Assembly (NCBI GenBank): GCA_044220955.1
Contig: JBGAQA010000011.1
Span: 49,661-113,660 of the forward strand
DNA length: 64,000 nucleotides
Source: Sandaracinaceae bacterium
GTDB lineage: Bacteria > Myxococcota_A > Polyangia > Polyangiales > Sandaracinaceae
Direction: 5' to 3'
In this document: positions 17,212 through 27,348 of the stretch, in pieces
Numbering within the stretch: the stretch's first letter is position 1
Layout: the number at the start of each line of letters is the position of its first letter
Notes under the pieces: model-generated
Seen by the model: the letters and a program-made list of their open reading frames with translations, nothing else
Told to the model about the DNA's origin: nothing
The model's database searches: none
Position numbers and translations under genes: made by a program

Positions 17212-18605
17212 GCGCCGAAGCCGCCGCCTCGTCGTCGCCGCCGCCGGCGGCGCGGAGCCTCGTCCGGCGGCGGCGCGTTGGCGATCTCCGTCCGGAGATC
17301 CATCGGCGTCGCCCCGCGCGCGTGGCAGTCGAGCTCGTAGAGCATCGCCGCCTCGGGGAAGAAGTCGCGGTGCGCCAGCGATCCGATGCGTCCACGCCGC
17401 AGGCGCTGCTCGCAGCCGATCACGGCGCGCATGCGCTCCTTCATCCGTCGTGGCGGGGCCACGGACTCGGCGAGCCCGGCCATGAAGTCCTCGTACGCGG
17501 CGAGAGGATCGCGCGCGCCCTCGAGCGCCTCGTGGATCGGGCCGAGCAGGAGCGCGGTGAGCAGCACGACGTCGCTCGGCGTCTCGCCGGCGAGGACCCT
17601 CGCGTCGACCGCGTCGAGCCGGCCCCAGAGCGTCCTGGCGCCGCGCGGCCCGTCGTCGAGGAACGTCGCCAGCTCGGGCAGGATCACCGCGAGGATGCCG
17701 GTCTCCCACGTGAGCCAGATCGAGCGGTGTGCCGCCCCTCCGCGCATGAGCCGCAGGATCTCCTCGAGCACGCGCGCCTTGGCGGCCTTGGCGAGCTCCT
17801 CGCGCTGCGCGACGAGCGCGTCGTACACCTCGGGGTCGATCCCGAGGTCGAGCCGCGCCGAGAACTTGATCGCGCGCAACATCCGCACGGGATCCTCGCG
17901 GAAGCGCACGTCGGGCAGGCCGATGGTGCGGACGGTGCGCTGCTCGAGGTCGGCCATGCCGCCCACGTAGTCGATCACCTCGGCGCGCTCGACGTCGTAG
18001 AAGAGGCCGTTGATCGTGAAGTCGCGGCGCAGCGCGTCCTCGTGCGGCTCGCCGAACACGTTGTCGTGCCGGATCAGCAGGTCGGCGTCGTCGTCCCGTG
18101 ACTTCGGGCGTGGGGCCAGGACGGTCGAGCCCTCGGTCTCGCCCTCGCCGATCTCGGAGAAGCCGTCGTCGTCGCCCTCGGCGCTGGGATCGCGGCGGAA
18201 CGTGGCGGTCTCGATGATCTTTCCGCCGCCGAACAGCACGTGCGCGAGGCGGAAGCGCCGCCCGATGATCCGGCAGTTGCGGAAGACGTGCTTGACGTCG
18301 TTGGGCCTCGCGCTCGTCGCGACGTCGAAGTCCTTGGGCTTGCGGCCGAGGAGCAGGTCGCGGACGCCGCCTCCGACCAGGTAGGCCGCGTGCCCTGCGC
18401 GGTGCAGGCGTCGGAGGACCTTGGCCGCGTCCTCGTCGATGTGGCCCGGGGGAAACGTCCGTTCGTAGACGGCGGGGCGCGGCCCGCCGGCGAAGCGGTC
18501 GACGTCGGGGGCCTCGGGGGCCGTGATGGGCTCGTCGTGGTGGGCGCCGCGCGGATCGCGCGACGTGGGACGCCGCTCGGCGTCCGGGGAGGTTCTGTCG
18601 TTCAT
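17208..18605 (-). CDS. pcnB: Poly(A) polymerase I
   Basis: LVGGGVRD, PKDFDVAT, PAP signature IIGRRFRLAHV, RRDFTIN, EDPVRMLRA, basic C-terminal tail; start uncertain. Confidence 0.9.
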   Translation of the reverse strand: MNDRTSPDAERRPTSRDPRGAHHDEPITAPEAPDVDRFAGGPRPAVYERTFPPGHIDEDAAKVLRRLHRAGHAAYLVGGGVRDLLLGRKPKDFDVATSARPNDVKHVFRNCRIIGRRFRLAHVLFGGGKIIETATFRRDPSAEGDDDGFSEIGEGETEGSTVLAPRPKSRDDDADLLIRHDNVFGEPHEDALRRDFTINGLFYDVERAEVIDYVGGMADLEQRTVRTIGLPDVRFREDPVRMLRAIKFSARLDLGIDPEVYDALVAQREELAKAAKARVLEEILRLMRGGAAHRSIWLTWETGILAVILPELATFLDDGPRGARTLWGRLDAVDARVLAGETPSDVVLLTALLLGPIHEALEGARDPLAAYEDFMAGLAESVAPPRRMKERMRAVIGCEQRLRRGRIGSLAHRDFFPEAAMLYELDCHARGATPMDLRTEIANAPPPDEAPRRRRRRRRGGGFGA

Positions 18606-18841
18606 TCTTCCTGAGAGGGACCGTGGCGCCCGCACCGGAGCGGCTCGCCGGCTCGCCGGCTCGCAATTCGCGGTGCAGTTCCCCGGGGCGCAGAGCGGCC
18701 CGACCGGGGTTGCTCCCCGAGCCATCTTCCCGGCACTTCGCCGGTGAGCGCTCGCGAGGTTCGTCCTCGATCGACCGCACCCGCACGTCGGGGAGGCGCG
18801 CAGGCGATGTAGAAATAGCCCCGCCCCGGCCTCGAGGCAAG

Positions 18842-18869
18842 TTGACTCTGGGGTGGCGGACCCTAGACT
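18842..18869 (+). promoter_or_regulatory. Putative sigma70 promoter
   Basis: TTGACT-16 nt-TAGACT about 40 nt upstream of ATG 18910; GAGGAG follows. Confidence 0.55.
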
Positions 18870-18909
18870 CGCGCGCCTCGCGTCCCTCGGACGAGGAGTA
18901 AGGTAGAGC

Positions 18910-19131
18910 ATGAGCAGCCAGGAATTCCTCTTCGACAAGCGGATCGTCGCGCGCAACGTCGCGCTGGGCCTGGTCGACCAGAAGGCGGTCGACAAGCAGA
19001 TCGCCGCGCTGCCCGACCGCGAGACCAACGCCACCATCAGCCAGCCCAACGAAGAGCCCGTGCGTCCCGCGCGCGCCTCGACCGACGCCGAGGACGAGGG
19101 CGCGGGCGCCGACGACGACGAAGAGGAGTGA
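18910..19131 (+). CDS. Small hypothetical protein with an acidic tail
   Basis: RBS and promoter upstream; overlaps the next gene (GTGA); FDKRIVARN..LG.......LPD core. Confidence 0.75.
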   Translation: MSSQEFLFDKRIVARNVALGLVDQKAVDKQIAALPDRETNATISQPNEEPVRPARASTDAEDEGAGADDDEEE

Positions 19132-19460
19132 GCGTGGCGGCGGCGGGGCGCGAGCGCGACGACGCGGAGCTTCCGGGTGGCGACGGGACGCCGGCCATCG
19201 ACTTCACGACGTTCGTCCTCTCGATGAGCACGTCGTGCATGATCCAGCTGGGCGAGCTCGCGAGCCCCGACGGCGGACAGCACGTCGACCTCGCGATGGC
19301 CCGCCACACGCTCGAGATCCTCATGCTCCTCGACGAGAAGACCCGCGGGAACCTGCGCGGTGAGGAAGAGCGCGTGCTCCACCACGTCGTGGACGATCTG
19401 CGCGCGCGCTACACGGCCAAGCTCCGTGACGTCTCCGGCGACAAGTCCGGCAAGAAGTGA
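19128..19460 (+). CDS. DUF1844-family protein
   Basis: IDFTTFVLSM...LG.........DL.MARHT.E.L.LL..KTRGNL..EE...L. Confidence 0.85.
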   Translation: MSVAAAGRERDDAELPGGDGTPAIDFTTFVLSMSTSCMIQLGELASPDGGQHVDLAMARHTLEILMLLDEKTRGNLRGEEERVLHHVVDDLRARYTAKLRDVSGDKSGKK

Positions 19461-19466
19461 AGTGAC

Positions 19467-20138
19467 GTGCGCCGCGCGTGGAGGCTCGCGACGCTGCTCG
19501 TCGTCTCCGTGCCCGCGTTCGCGTCGGCTCAGTCGGCGTCGCTGATCGACGACCCGGCCGGGACGACCCGCTGGGTGAGCGCGCGGATCCGGGCGTCACG
19601 CACCGGCCACGCCGATCTCGTGTCGATCCCGGTCGCGTTCGCATCGCTCGGCTGGGGCTGCACGTGCCCGGGGAACTACATCGGCTTCTCGCCCGACGTG
19701 GCGGGCGACGCTTGGCTCGATCTCGACCTCGGCCCCGGCGTGTCGCTGCCCGCGTACGCACCGGCGGCCGGGACGGTGATGCAGCTCGAGGGGTACTTCA
19801 CCGGCAGCGTCGCGCGCTTCGCCGGCGACGGGCCCACACGCTACGCCGTGTACACGTTCGTGGTCACGCGGCTCGTCGCGCCGCACGTGAGCGAGAGCCC
19901 GCGGCTGCGTGTCGTACGCCCGGGCGCGCTCACCTGCACGAGCGCGGTGACCGACCCGACGCCGCTCCACGTCCACGCGCGAGGCGGCGTCCGATCCGAG
20001 GTGATCGGCGACGTCCCGCCCGGCGCGCTCGTGACGATCCGCGACGTGCGGGACGCGTGGCTCGCGCTCTCCGCGCCCACGCGCGGCTGGGTCTCGGCGT
20101 ACGAGGTCACCACGACCTGCACGCCGGTCCCTCCCTGA
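19467..20138 (+). CDS. Exported protein with a C-terminal SH3b-like domain
   Basis: Signal ending ASA-Q; LHVHARGG...VIG.VPPG..V.......W......RGWVS. Confidence 0.6.
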   Translation: MRRAWRLATLLVVSVPAFASAQSASLIDDPAGTTRWVSARIRASRTGHADLVSIPVAFASLGWGCTCPGNYIGFSPDVAGDAWLDLDLGPGVSLPAYAPAAGTVMQLEGYFTGSVARFAGDGPTRYAVYTFVVTRLVAPHVSESPRLRVVRPGALTCTSAVTDPTPLHVHARGGVRSEVIGDVPPGALVTIRDVRDAWLALSAPTRGWVSAYEVTTTCTPVPP

Positions 20139-20251
20139 CGCGCGCGGCTCGACGCCGACGTGGCCCCACACGTTCCAGACCATCGCGGGCGTGCCGTTCG
20201 AGAAGGCCAGGAAAGGAAGCGCCGGCGGCGGGTGTTATCCTCCCGCCCTCG

Positions 20252-22825
20252 ATGTCGACCGTCACGCTCAAGCTCGATGCCTACGAGAAGGAAACCCAGC
20301 GCATCGTGCAGGCCGCGCAGTCGCTGGCCGACGAGCGCAGGAACCCCGAGATCGAGCCGCTCCACGCTTTCTACCGGCTCGTCGAGCGCAGCGAGGCGGT
20401 GCAGCAGGCCTTGGCGCGCGGTGGGATCGATCCGACGGATGTGCTCCTCGAGACCGAGGCGCAGCTGCGCAAGCTGCCGCGCCAGTCGAGCAGCGTGGCG
20501 CACTTCTCCGCGCGGATGCACGACCTGATCGCGCGCGCCGAGGGCGAGGCCGCGCGCGACAAGGGCGCGCTCGTGTCGCCGGCCCACCTTCTGATGGCCT
20601 GCTCGCAGGAGACGGTGGGCTCGGTGCCGGCGGTCCTGCGCGCGGTGTCGCTCACCGGTCCGATCCTGCGTGCGCTCGCGACGGGCGTGGATCTCTCGAG
20701 CGGGGCACGTCCCGGCGGGGCCTCGAAGGGCGACCCGCTCGAGCAGTTCGGCCAGGACCTCGTGCAGCTCGCCAAGCGCGACGCGCTCGACCCGGTCATC
20801 GGCCGCGACGCCGAGCTCCGGCGGATGCTCTCCGTGATCGCACGCCGCTTCGAGAACGCGCCGCTGCTCGTGGGTGAGAGCGGCATCGGCAAGGCGTCCA
20901 TCGTGCATGCGCTGGCGATGCGCATCGCGCGCGGCGACGTCCCTGCGCTCCTCGCGGGCAAGCGGATCGTGCGCGTCGAGCTCCCGGCGATGCTCGCGGG
21001 CGCGCGGCTGCGCGGCGAGTCCGAGGACCGCATGCGCCAGCTGCTCGGTGCCGCCAAGGACGGGGACGTCGTCCTCTTCTTTCCCGACCTGGGCCAGCTC
21101 ATCGGCGAGCGGGCTCCCGCTGGAGCGGCGGGGATCCTCTCGTCGGCGCTCTCGCGCGGGGAGGTGCGCGCCATCGCGTGCGCGACGCCGGACGTGGTCA
21201 AGAAGGCGGGAGAGAGCGACGGGCTGCTCGTGAGGCGCTTCGTCGCGATCGACGTCGAGGTGCCGACGTCCGAGGAGGCCGTCGCGATCCTGCGCGGGAT
21301 CGTCGGACGCTACGAGGGCATCCACGGCGTCAAGATCTCCGATCCGGCGCTGCTCGCGGCGGTGCGGCTCGCCCGCCGCTACGTGCCCGGCGCGAGCCTG
21401 CCCAAGTCCGCCGTCGATCTGATCGACGAGGCCGCTGCGCGGGTGCGCGTCGAGCTCGAGAGCGCCCCCGCGGAGCTCGACGCCCTCGAGCACCGTCTTC
21501 GCACGCTGCGCGCGCAGAGCGTCTCGCTCGAGGACGACCTCGACGACGAGAGCAAGCGCGCCAAGGCGACGCTCGACGCCGAGATCGCCGCGCTCGCTCC
21601 TCGCGCCGACGCGGCGCGCGCCGCCTGGACCGAGGCGAAGGGCCGCGCGGGCGCGGTCGCCGCGCTCGCCGCCAGCGTCGAAGAGGCGCACCGCGCGCAC
21701 GAGGCGGCGCGCGCTGCTGGAGACACCGCGAAGGCCGGGGAGCTGCGCTTCGGCACGATCCCCCTGCTCGAGAAGCAGCTCGCGGAGGCTCGTGGGCCCG
21801 AGGGGACGCCTGCGCGGGTGCGCGATCGGGTCCTCGAGGCCGACGTCGCGGACGTCGTCGCGACGTGGACGGGCGTGCCCGTCAGCCGGATGATGGAGGC
21901 GGAGACCGAGAAGCTCCTCCGCATGGAGGAGCACCTCGAGAAGCGCGTCGTGGGGCAGGCGCCCGCCGTGAAGGCGGTCGCGCGCGCCGTCCGCCGGGGC
22001 CGCGTCGGCCTGCGTGACGCGCGCAAGCCCATCGGCAGCTTCCTCTTCCTCGGCCCCACGGGCGTCGGCAAGACCGAGCTCGCCAAGGCGCTCGCCGAGT
22101 TCCTCTTCGACGACGAGGCCTCGCTCACCCGCCTCGACATGAGCGAGTTCATGGAGAAGCACATGGTGGCGCGCTTGCTCGGCTCGCCCCCCGGCTACGT
22201 CGACAGCGAAGAGGGCGGCTTCCTCACCGAGGCGGTCCGGCGTCGTCCGTACTCGGTGATCCTCTTCGACGAGATGGAGAAGGCTCACCCGGACGTCTTC
22301 AACATCCTGCTCCAGGTGCTCGACGACGGCCGCCTGACGGACTCGCGCGGTCGCCTCGCGTACTTCGCCGACACGGTCATCATCATGACGAGCAACGTCG
22401 GCGGGCGCGCCATCCTCGATCACGGCGAGGGCGTCACGCGCGACGCGATCCGGGAGAAGCTCGAGGCGGAGCTACGCAAGGCGTTCCGTCCCGAGTTCGT
22501 CAACCGCATCGACGACATCGTGATCTTCGACCCGCTGGGCAAGGCGGATCTGCGTGGCGTGGTCGACATCCAGCTCGGCGGCGTGAAGAAGCTGCTCGCC
22601 GACCGACAGATCACCCTCGAGCTGAGCGACGCCGCCAAGGAGCGGATCGTCGATCTCGGCTACGAGCCGGCGTTCGGCGCCCGGCCGCTCAAGCGCGTGA
22701 TCCTCAAGCACGTGCAGGACCCGCTCGCCGAGGAGATCCTGCGCGGCGGCTACACGGCCGGCGACGTCGTCCGCGTCGACGTGGGCGAGGGCGGCGCCTT
22801 CGCGTTCAGCCGCGCCCGAGCCTGA
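20252..22825 (+). CDS. ClpB-like AAA+ chaperone with degenerate NBD1
   Basis: Clp N-domain, LDPVIGRD, coiled-coil M-domain (AGELRFG.IP.LEKQL), intact NBD2 (GPTGVGKTE, ILFDEMEKAHPDV, GARPLKR). Confidence 0.88.
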   Translation: MSTVTLKLDAYEKETQRIVQAAQSLADERRNPEIEPLHAFYRLVERSEAVQQALARGGIDPTDVLLETEAQLRKLPRQSSSVAHFSARMHDLIARAEGEAARDKGALVSPAHLLMACSQETVGSVPAVLRAVSLTGPILRALATGVDLSSGARPGGASKGDPLEQFGQDLVQLAKRDALDPVIGRDAELRRMLSVIARRFENAPLLVGESGIGKASIVHALAMRIARGDVPALLAGKRIVRVELPAMLAGARLRGESEDRMRQLLGAAKDGDVVLFFPDLGQLIGERAPAGAAGILSSALSRGEVRAIACATPDVVKKAGESDGLLVRRFVAIDVEVPTSEEAVAILRGIVGRYEGIHGVKISDPALLAAVRLARRYVPGASLPKSAVDLIDEAAARVRVELESAPAELDALEHRLRTLRAQSVSLEDDLDDESKRAKATLDAEIAALAPRADAARAAWTEAKGRAGAVAALAASVEEAHRAHEAARAAGDTAKAGELRFGTIPLLEKQLAEARGPEGTPARVRDRVLEADVADVVATWTGVPVSRMMEAETEKLLRMEEHLEKRVVGQAPAVKAVARAVRRGRVGLRDARKPIGSFLFLGPTGVGKTELAKALAEFLFDDEASLTRLDMSEFMEKHMVARLLGSPPGYVDSEEGGFLTEAVRRRPYSVILFDEMEKAHPDVFNILLQVLDDGRLTDSRGRLAYFADTVIIMTSNVGGRAILDHGEGVTRDAIREKLEAELRKAFRPEFVNRIDDIVIFDPLGKADLRGVVDIQLGGVKKLLADRQITLELSDAAKERIVDLGYEPAFGARPLKRVILKHVQDPLAEEILRGGYTAGDVVRVDVGEGGAFAFSRARA

Positions 22826-22900
22826 GGCCGCGCGGCGATCCGCTTCCAGTGTCGATGGAACGCTTCCTCCGCGGCGGGGCGTCGCGGTACCCTCCGGGCC

Positions 22901-25900
22901 GTGAGGTATCGCATGACTTGGACAGCCAGGTGCGCGTTCGGAATCTGCTTGGTGCTCGTCGGAGCGGCCCCCGGGTGTGGCGGCGGGGCCTCGATGGACG
23001 ACGCCGCGGCGCCGCGTCCGGACGCCAACGACGGCGACGCGAACACGCCGGAGTGCACGACCGACGCGCAGTGCAGCGACGGCCTGTTCTGCACGGGCAT
23101 GGAGCGCTGCACGGCGGGCCGGTGCGTCGCGGGCACGGTCGCGTGCGACGACGGCATCGCCTGCACGTCCGACACGTGCGCCGAGTCGCTGCGCAGCTGC
23201 GCGCACGCCGCGCCGGACGTGGACGCCGACGGCTACGGCGACGCGACGTGCCTCGACGGGGCCGGGGTGCCGATCGGCAACGACTGCGCGGACTCGGACC
23301 CGAACACGTTCCCCGGCAACCACGAGGTCTGCGACCCGGCGGGGCACGACGAGGACTGCGACCCCGCCACCCACGGCAACACCGACGCGGACTCGGACGG
23401 CTACGAGTCGATCGCCTGCTGCAACCCGAACCCCGCCGGCGGCGCGGCGCTCTGCGGCGCCGACTGCGACGACGCTCGGGCCGCGACCAGCCCGGTCGGC
23501 ACGGAGACGTGCGACGGCCTCGACCAGAACTGCAACGGGATGATCGACGAAGGCACGCTCCTCGACGGCTTCGAGGACCAGGACTTCGACGGCTACGGCG
23601 GCTCCACCATCGCGCACGAGTGCGCGGCCTCGCCCGGCTTCTCGACCATCGGCGGCGACTGCGACGACACCAACTCGTACGCGAACCCGGGCCTTCCCGA
23701 GCTCTGCGACGTCGGAGCGCCGGTCGACAACAACTGCGACGGCAGCACGACCGACACGCCGGGCACCACGAACTGGTACGCCGACGTCGACGGGGACGGG
23801 TTCGGCTCGGCCGCCTCGGGCGTGACCGTCTCGTGCACGCCGGTCACGGGCACCTCGCTCCGGAACACCGACTGCAACGACATGCGCGCGGACATCAACC
23901 CCTCGCAGGCGGAGCGCTGCGACGGGATCGACGACGACTGCAACGGGCGCATCGACTACCAGATCGCCCCGGGCAACCTCGAGGACGACGACGCCGACGG
24001 CTACATCGACATCGCCTGCACGCCGCTCGGCATGGACTGCGACGACAACAACCCCGCGTCGGGCCCAGGCGAGATGGAGAGCTGTGACGGGCGCGACAAC
24101 GACTGCGACATGCGCGTCGACGAGGGCGCGACCTCGCTCGTCTACTACCGCGACCTCGACGCCGACGGGTTCGGGTCGGCGATCTCCGGGACGATCGTCG
24201 CGTGCATGGCCAGCGCGGGCTACGTCGCGCGGGCGGGCGACTGCAACGACATGGACGCGATGCGCTTCCCGATGGCGAACGAGCGCTGCGACGCCGCGGA
24301 CAACGACTGCGACTCGGCGGTGGACGAGGCGCCGGCCGCGTCGTCGTGCGTGGTCGATCACGCGACCGCGGCCTGCTCGGGCGGGCGCTGCGCGGTCGGC
24401 ACCTGCGCGGCGGGCTACTCCGACTGCAACCACGACCCCGTGGACGGCTGCGAGGCCATGGGCGTGGGCCCGGGCATCTCCGACGTGTGCGACGGCATCG
24501 ACAACGACTGCGACGCGCGCATCGACGAGAACGCGCCCACGCAGGTCTACTACCGCGACCTCGACGGCGACGGGTACGGCTCGACGGCGTCCGGCAACAC
24601 GCTGGCCTGCATGGCACCGGGCGGGTTCGCGGCCATGGCCGGCGACTGCAACGACGCCGACCTGACCCGGCACCCGGGCGGCAACGAGCTCTGCAACGGA
24701 GGGGACGACGACTGCGACGGCACCATCGACGAGGCGCCCGCGTCGAGCTCGTGCACGACCCTGGCGCACGCGAGCGGGGCGTGTGTCAGCGGCGGCGCCT
24801 GCGGCATCGTGAGCTGCGACGCGGGGTTCGCCGACTGCAACCACGTGGCCTCCGATGGCTGCGAGGTCATGGCCGCCGCGACCGACGGCTGCGACGGGGC
24901 CGACAACGACTGCGACGGCCGCATCGACGAGAACGCCACGACGACCGTCTACTACCGCGACCGGGACGGTGACGGCTTCGGCTCCACGACGTCCGGCTCG
25001 ATGCTCGCGTGCATGGCCGGCTCGGGCTTCGCGCCCGCCGCCGGTGACTGCGCCGACATGGACGTGGCGCGCTATCCGGGTGCCGTCGAGCGCTGCAACG
25101 GCACCGACGACGACTGCGACGCGACCGCGGACGAGTCCCCCGCGCAGTCGTCTTGTTCGCTCGCGAACGCGACGGCGGTCTGCGCGAGCGGAACGTGCGG
25201 GATCGGGAGCTGCACCGGCGGCTTCTCGGACTGCAACCACGTGACGGGGGACGGATGCGAGGCGTTCGGCGCCGGGCCGGGCTATCCGGACGTGTGCGAC
25301 GGAGTCGACAACGACTGTGACAGCCGCTTCGACGAGGACGCGTCGACCTCGGTCTTCTATCGCGACGTCGACATGGACGGCTTCGGCGCGACGACGTCGG
25401 GCACGGTGCTCTCGTGCCAGGCGCCCTCCGGGTACGTGGCCGGGTCGGGCGACTGCGCGGACATGAACCCCGCCCGCCGTCCGGGCGCGACCGAGGGTTG
25501 CAACGCGGCGGACGACGACTGTGACGGGGCCGTCGACGAGGCGCCGGCCACGGCGGCGTGCGGCGCCGTCGCGCACGGCGTCGCGGGCTGCCTGAGCGGC
25601 GGCGTCTGCGGCATCGCGAGCTGCAGCGGCGGCTACGCGGACTGCAACGCCACGTCTGCCGATGGCTGCGAGGCACCTCTGGCGACCGACGTGAACCACT
25701 GCGGCAACTGCTCGACCGACTGCAACGCCGCCCCGCGCGTCGCCGGAGCGACCTGCACCGCGGCTCACTGCACCGTGACCTCGTGCGCGTTCGGGTACGC
25801 CGACTGCGACGCGTTCGCGGCCAACGGCTGCGAGATCGCGACCCAGAGCGATCCGCTGAACTGCGGAACGTGCGGCAACGCCTGTGGCGTCTCGCAGGTG

Positions 25901-26716
25901 TGCTCGGCCGGGACGTGCGCGCTCGGCTGCGCGCCCGGCCTCGTCGTCTGCGACGGTCGCTGCGTCAACCCGCTCAACGACGTCAGCTACTGCGGCGCGA
26001 GCGGCACGTGCATGGGCGCGCAGCGGGGCGCGGTCTGCCGGCCCGGCGAGGCCTGCGCGAGCGGGTCGTGCTTCGCGTCCTTCATCAGCCCGGGCATCGA
26101 CGCCGTGTCGATCTCGGCGCCGCGCGACGTCAACTACACGCTGGACGCGCCGGGCTCGGCGACCATCTTCTACACGCTGGACGGGACCGTGCCGGGCGTG
26201 AGCGGCAGCACGGTCACGGCGGCCGCGCCGACGACGCTCGCGCCGCTGCCTGGTCCCTCTCCGGTCACGATCCGCTGGGTCGCGCAGTTCGCCGGTGGTG
26301 GGACCGAGACCATCGTGCACGAGGTGCAGGTCGGCGTGTCGAGCGGGTACGCATCCTCGCTCGGCCAGCTGACCGAGTTCCTCGACATGAACGGCGAGGG
26401 CCCGGTCGCGGTCGTCTCGCCGGGCGCGCTCGTGACCGGGAGTGCGCGGCTGCAGACGTGGCGCTCCGACGTGGAGGGCTATTGTCCGGGCTGCGTGCTC
26501 GTGCCGGACCTCGGCTGTGACGGCGTCGGTCAGATCATGTGCTACGGGCCCTACGGTGGGGGCACGTATCCGGGGACGACGGGCACGTACGGCTTCTCGT
26601 TCAATGCGCCCGCGATACCCGGTCGCTACTACATCCGGTCTGGCATCGGCCTCGTCTACGACTGCTCCATGGCGGGCGGCGGCGGCGGACCCGTGGGCGT
26701 CCTCTACGTGCGCTGA
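22901..26716 (+). CDS. Giant Cys/Asp-rich surface lipoprotein with many putative metal-binding motifs
   Basis: AAPGC lipobox; repeated DC.D......P...E.CDG.DNDCD...DE; Cys-rich D..NCG.CG..C repeats; TIFYTLDGTVP Ig-like C-terminal part; start may be ATG 22913. Confidence 0.85.
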   Translation: MRYRMTWTARCAFGICLVLVGAAPGCGGGASMDDAAAPRPDANDGDANTPECTTDAQCSDGLFCTGMERCTAGRCVAGTVACDDGIACTSDTCAESLRSCAHAAPDVDADGYGDATCLDGAGVPIGNDCADSDPNTFPGNHEVCDPAGHDEDCDPATHGNTDADSDGYESIACCNPNPAGGAALCGADCDDARAATSPVGTETCDGLDQNCNGMIDEGTLLDGFEDQDFDGYGGSTIAHECAASPGFSTIGGDCDDTNSYANPGLPELCDVGAPVDNNCDGSTTDTPGTTNWYADVDGDGFGSAASGVTVSCTPVTGTSLRNTDCNDMRADINPSQAERCDGIDDDCNGRIDYQIAPGNLEDDDADGYIDIACTPLGMDCDDNNPASGPGEMESCDGRDNDCDMRVDEGATSLVYYRDLDADGFGSAISGTIVACMASAGYVARAGDCNDMDAMRFPMANERCDAADNDCDSAVDEAPAASSCVVDHATAACSGGRCAVGTCAAGYSDCNHDPVDGCEAMGVGPGISDVCDGIDNDCDARIDENAPTQVYYRDLDGDGYGSTASGNTLACMAPGGFAAMAGDCNDADLTRHPGGNELCNGGDDDCDGTIDEAPASSSCTTLAHASGACVSGGACGIVSCDAGFADCNHVASDGCEVMAAATDGCDGADNDCDGRIDENATTTVYYRDRDGDGFGSTTSGSMLACMAGSGFAPAAGDCADMDVARYPGAVERCNGTDDDCDATADESPAQSSCSLANATAVCASGTCGIGSCTGGFSDCNHVTGDGCEAFGAGPGYPDVCDGVDNDCDSRFDEDASTSVFYRDVDMDGFGATTSGTVLSCQAPSGYVAGSGDCADMNPARRPGATEGCNAADDDCDGAVDEAPATAACGAVAHGVAGCLSGGVCGIASCSGGYADCNATSADGCEAPLATDVNHCGNCSTDCNAAPRVAGATCTAAHCTVTSCAFGYADCDAFAANGCEIATQSDPLNCGTCGNACGVSQVCSAGTCALGCAPGLVVCDGRCVNPLNDVSYCGASGTCMGAQRGAVCRPGEACASGSCFASFISPGIDAVSISAPRDVNYTLDAPGSATIFYTLDGTVPGVSGSTVTAAAPTTLAPLPGPSPVTIRWVAQFAGGGTETIVHEVQVGVSSGYASSLGQLTEFLDMNGEGPVAVVSPGALVTGSARLQTWRSDVEGYCPGCVLVPDLGCDGVGQIMCYGPYGGGTYPGTTGTYGFSFNAPAIPGRYYIRSGIGLVYDCSMAGGGGGPVGVLYVR
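24083..25672 (+). repeat. Four intragenic tandem modules of about 135 aa
   Basis: CDG.DNDCD units start at 24083, 24488, 24890 and 25295 (periods 405, 402, 405 nt). Confidence 0.85.
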
Positions 26717-26743
26717 ACCAGTCGGCGGTGCTGCGACGCGCGA

Positions 26744-27268
26744 TCAACCGATCGCGCTGCGCAGCATCGCGAACACGACGACTCCGGTCACCGACACGTA
26801 GAGCCAGATCGGCAGCGTGAAGCGCGCGATCTTGCGATGCCGCGGGTGACCGGAGGTGATGCCGAGCCAGGCGCTCGCGAGCACCATCGGCAGCGCTCCG
26901 ATCGAGAGCAGCACGTGCGAGGCGAGGATCGCGAGATACACGCCGCGCAGCGGCGCGCCCTCGGGGTAGCGCGTGTCGCCGTGCGCATAGTGGTACGCGA
27001 CGTAGCCGACGAGGAAGCACGCGGACGAGCCGAGCGCCGAGAGCATGAGCGCGCGATGCAGCGTCCGGCGCTTGCTCCGGATCGCGACGAAGCCGAGGAC
27101 GAGCAGCGCGGCCGAGAGCGTGTTGAAGACGGCGTTCACCGCCGGCAGGAAGGCGAGCGCGCTCGCGTCACCCGCGGGCTCGTGCAGGTAGAGGATGTAT
27201 GCCAGCGCGGCGACGGCGATCGCCGACACGATCGTCACGACGAGCGCGAGCGAGCGGCTTGCTTCCAC
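26744..27268 (-). CDS. DUF420 (YozB-like) membrane protein
   Basis: LPAVNA.FN, H..LM.SA, FLVGYV.YH, ILASHVLL, HRKIARFTLPIWLYVSVTGVVV; GTG start inferred. Confidence 0.88.
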   Translation of the reverse strand: MEASRSLALVVTIVSAIAVAALAYILYLHEPAGDASALAFLPAVNAVFNTLSAALLVLGFVAIRSKRRTLHRALMLSALGSSACFLVGYVAYHYAHGDTRYPEGAPLRGVYLAILASHVLLSIGALPMVLASAWLGITSGHPRHRKIARFTLPIWLYVSVTGVVVFAMLRSAIG

Positions 27269-27348
27269 GGCGCCGCCATAGGACCCGGCGATCGGCCACG
27301 CAAGGCCGAACAACCTTCGGCCACACGAGGGCGGTGGGCGTCGCCGGC

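Noticed and set aside
17208..18605. CCA-adding enzyme call
   Set aside because: It carries the poly(A) polymerase signature IIGRRFRLAHV.
16492..18840. Apparent long fusions (782-aa ORF, also 30283-34053, 43726-47580, 45789-48962, 19478-22825)
   Set aside because: These are upstream open-frame extensions over neighbouring genes; internal starts give normal-sized proteins, so no frameshift or fusion is needed.
22901..26716. Repeats as a possible CRISPR array
   Set aside because: They are degenerate in-frame protein repeats; there are no identical repeats with unique spacers and no cas genes.
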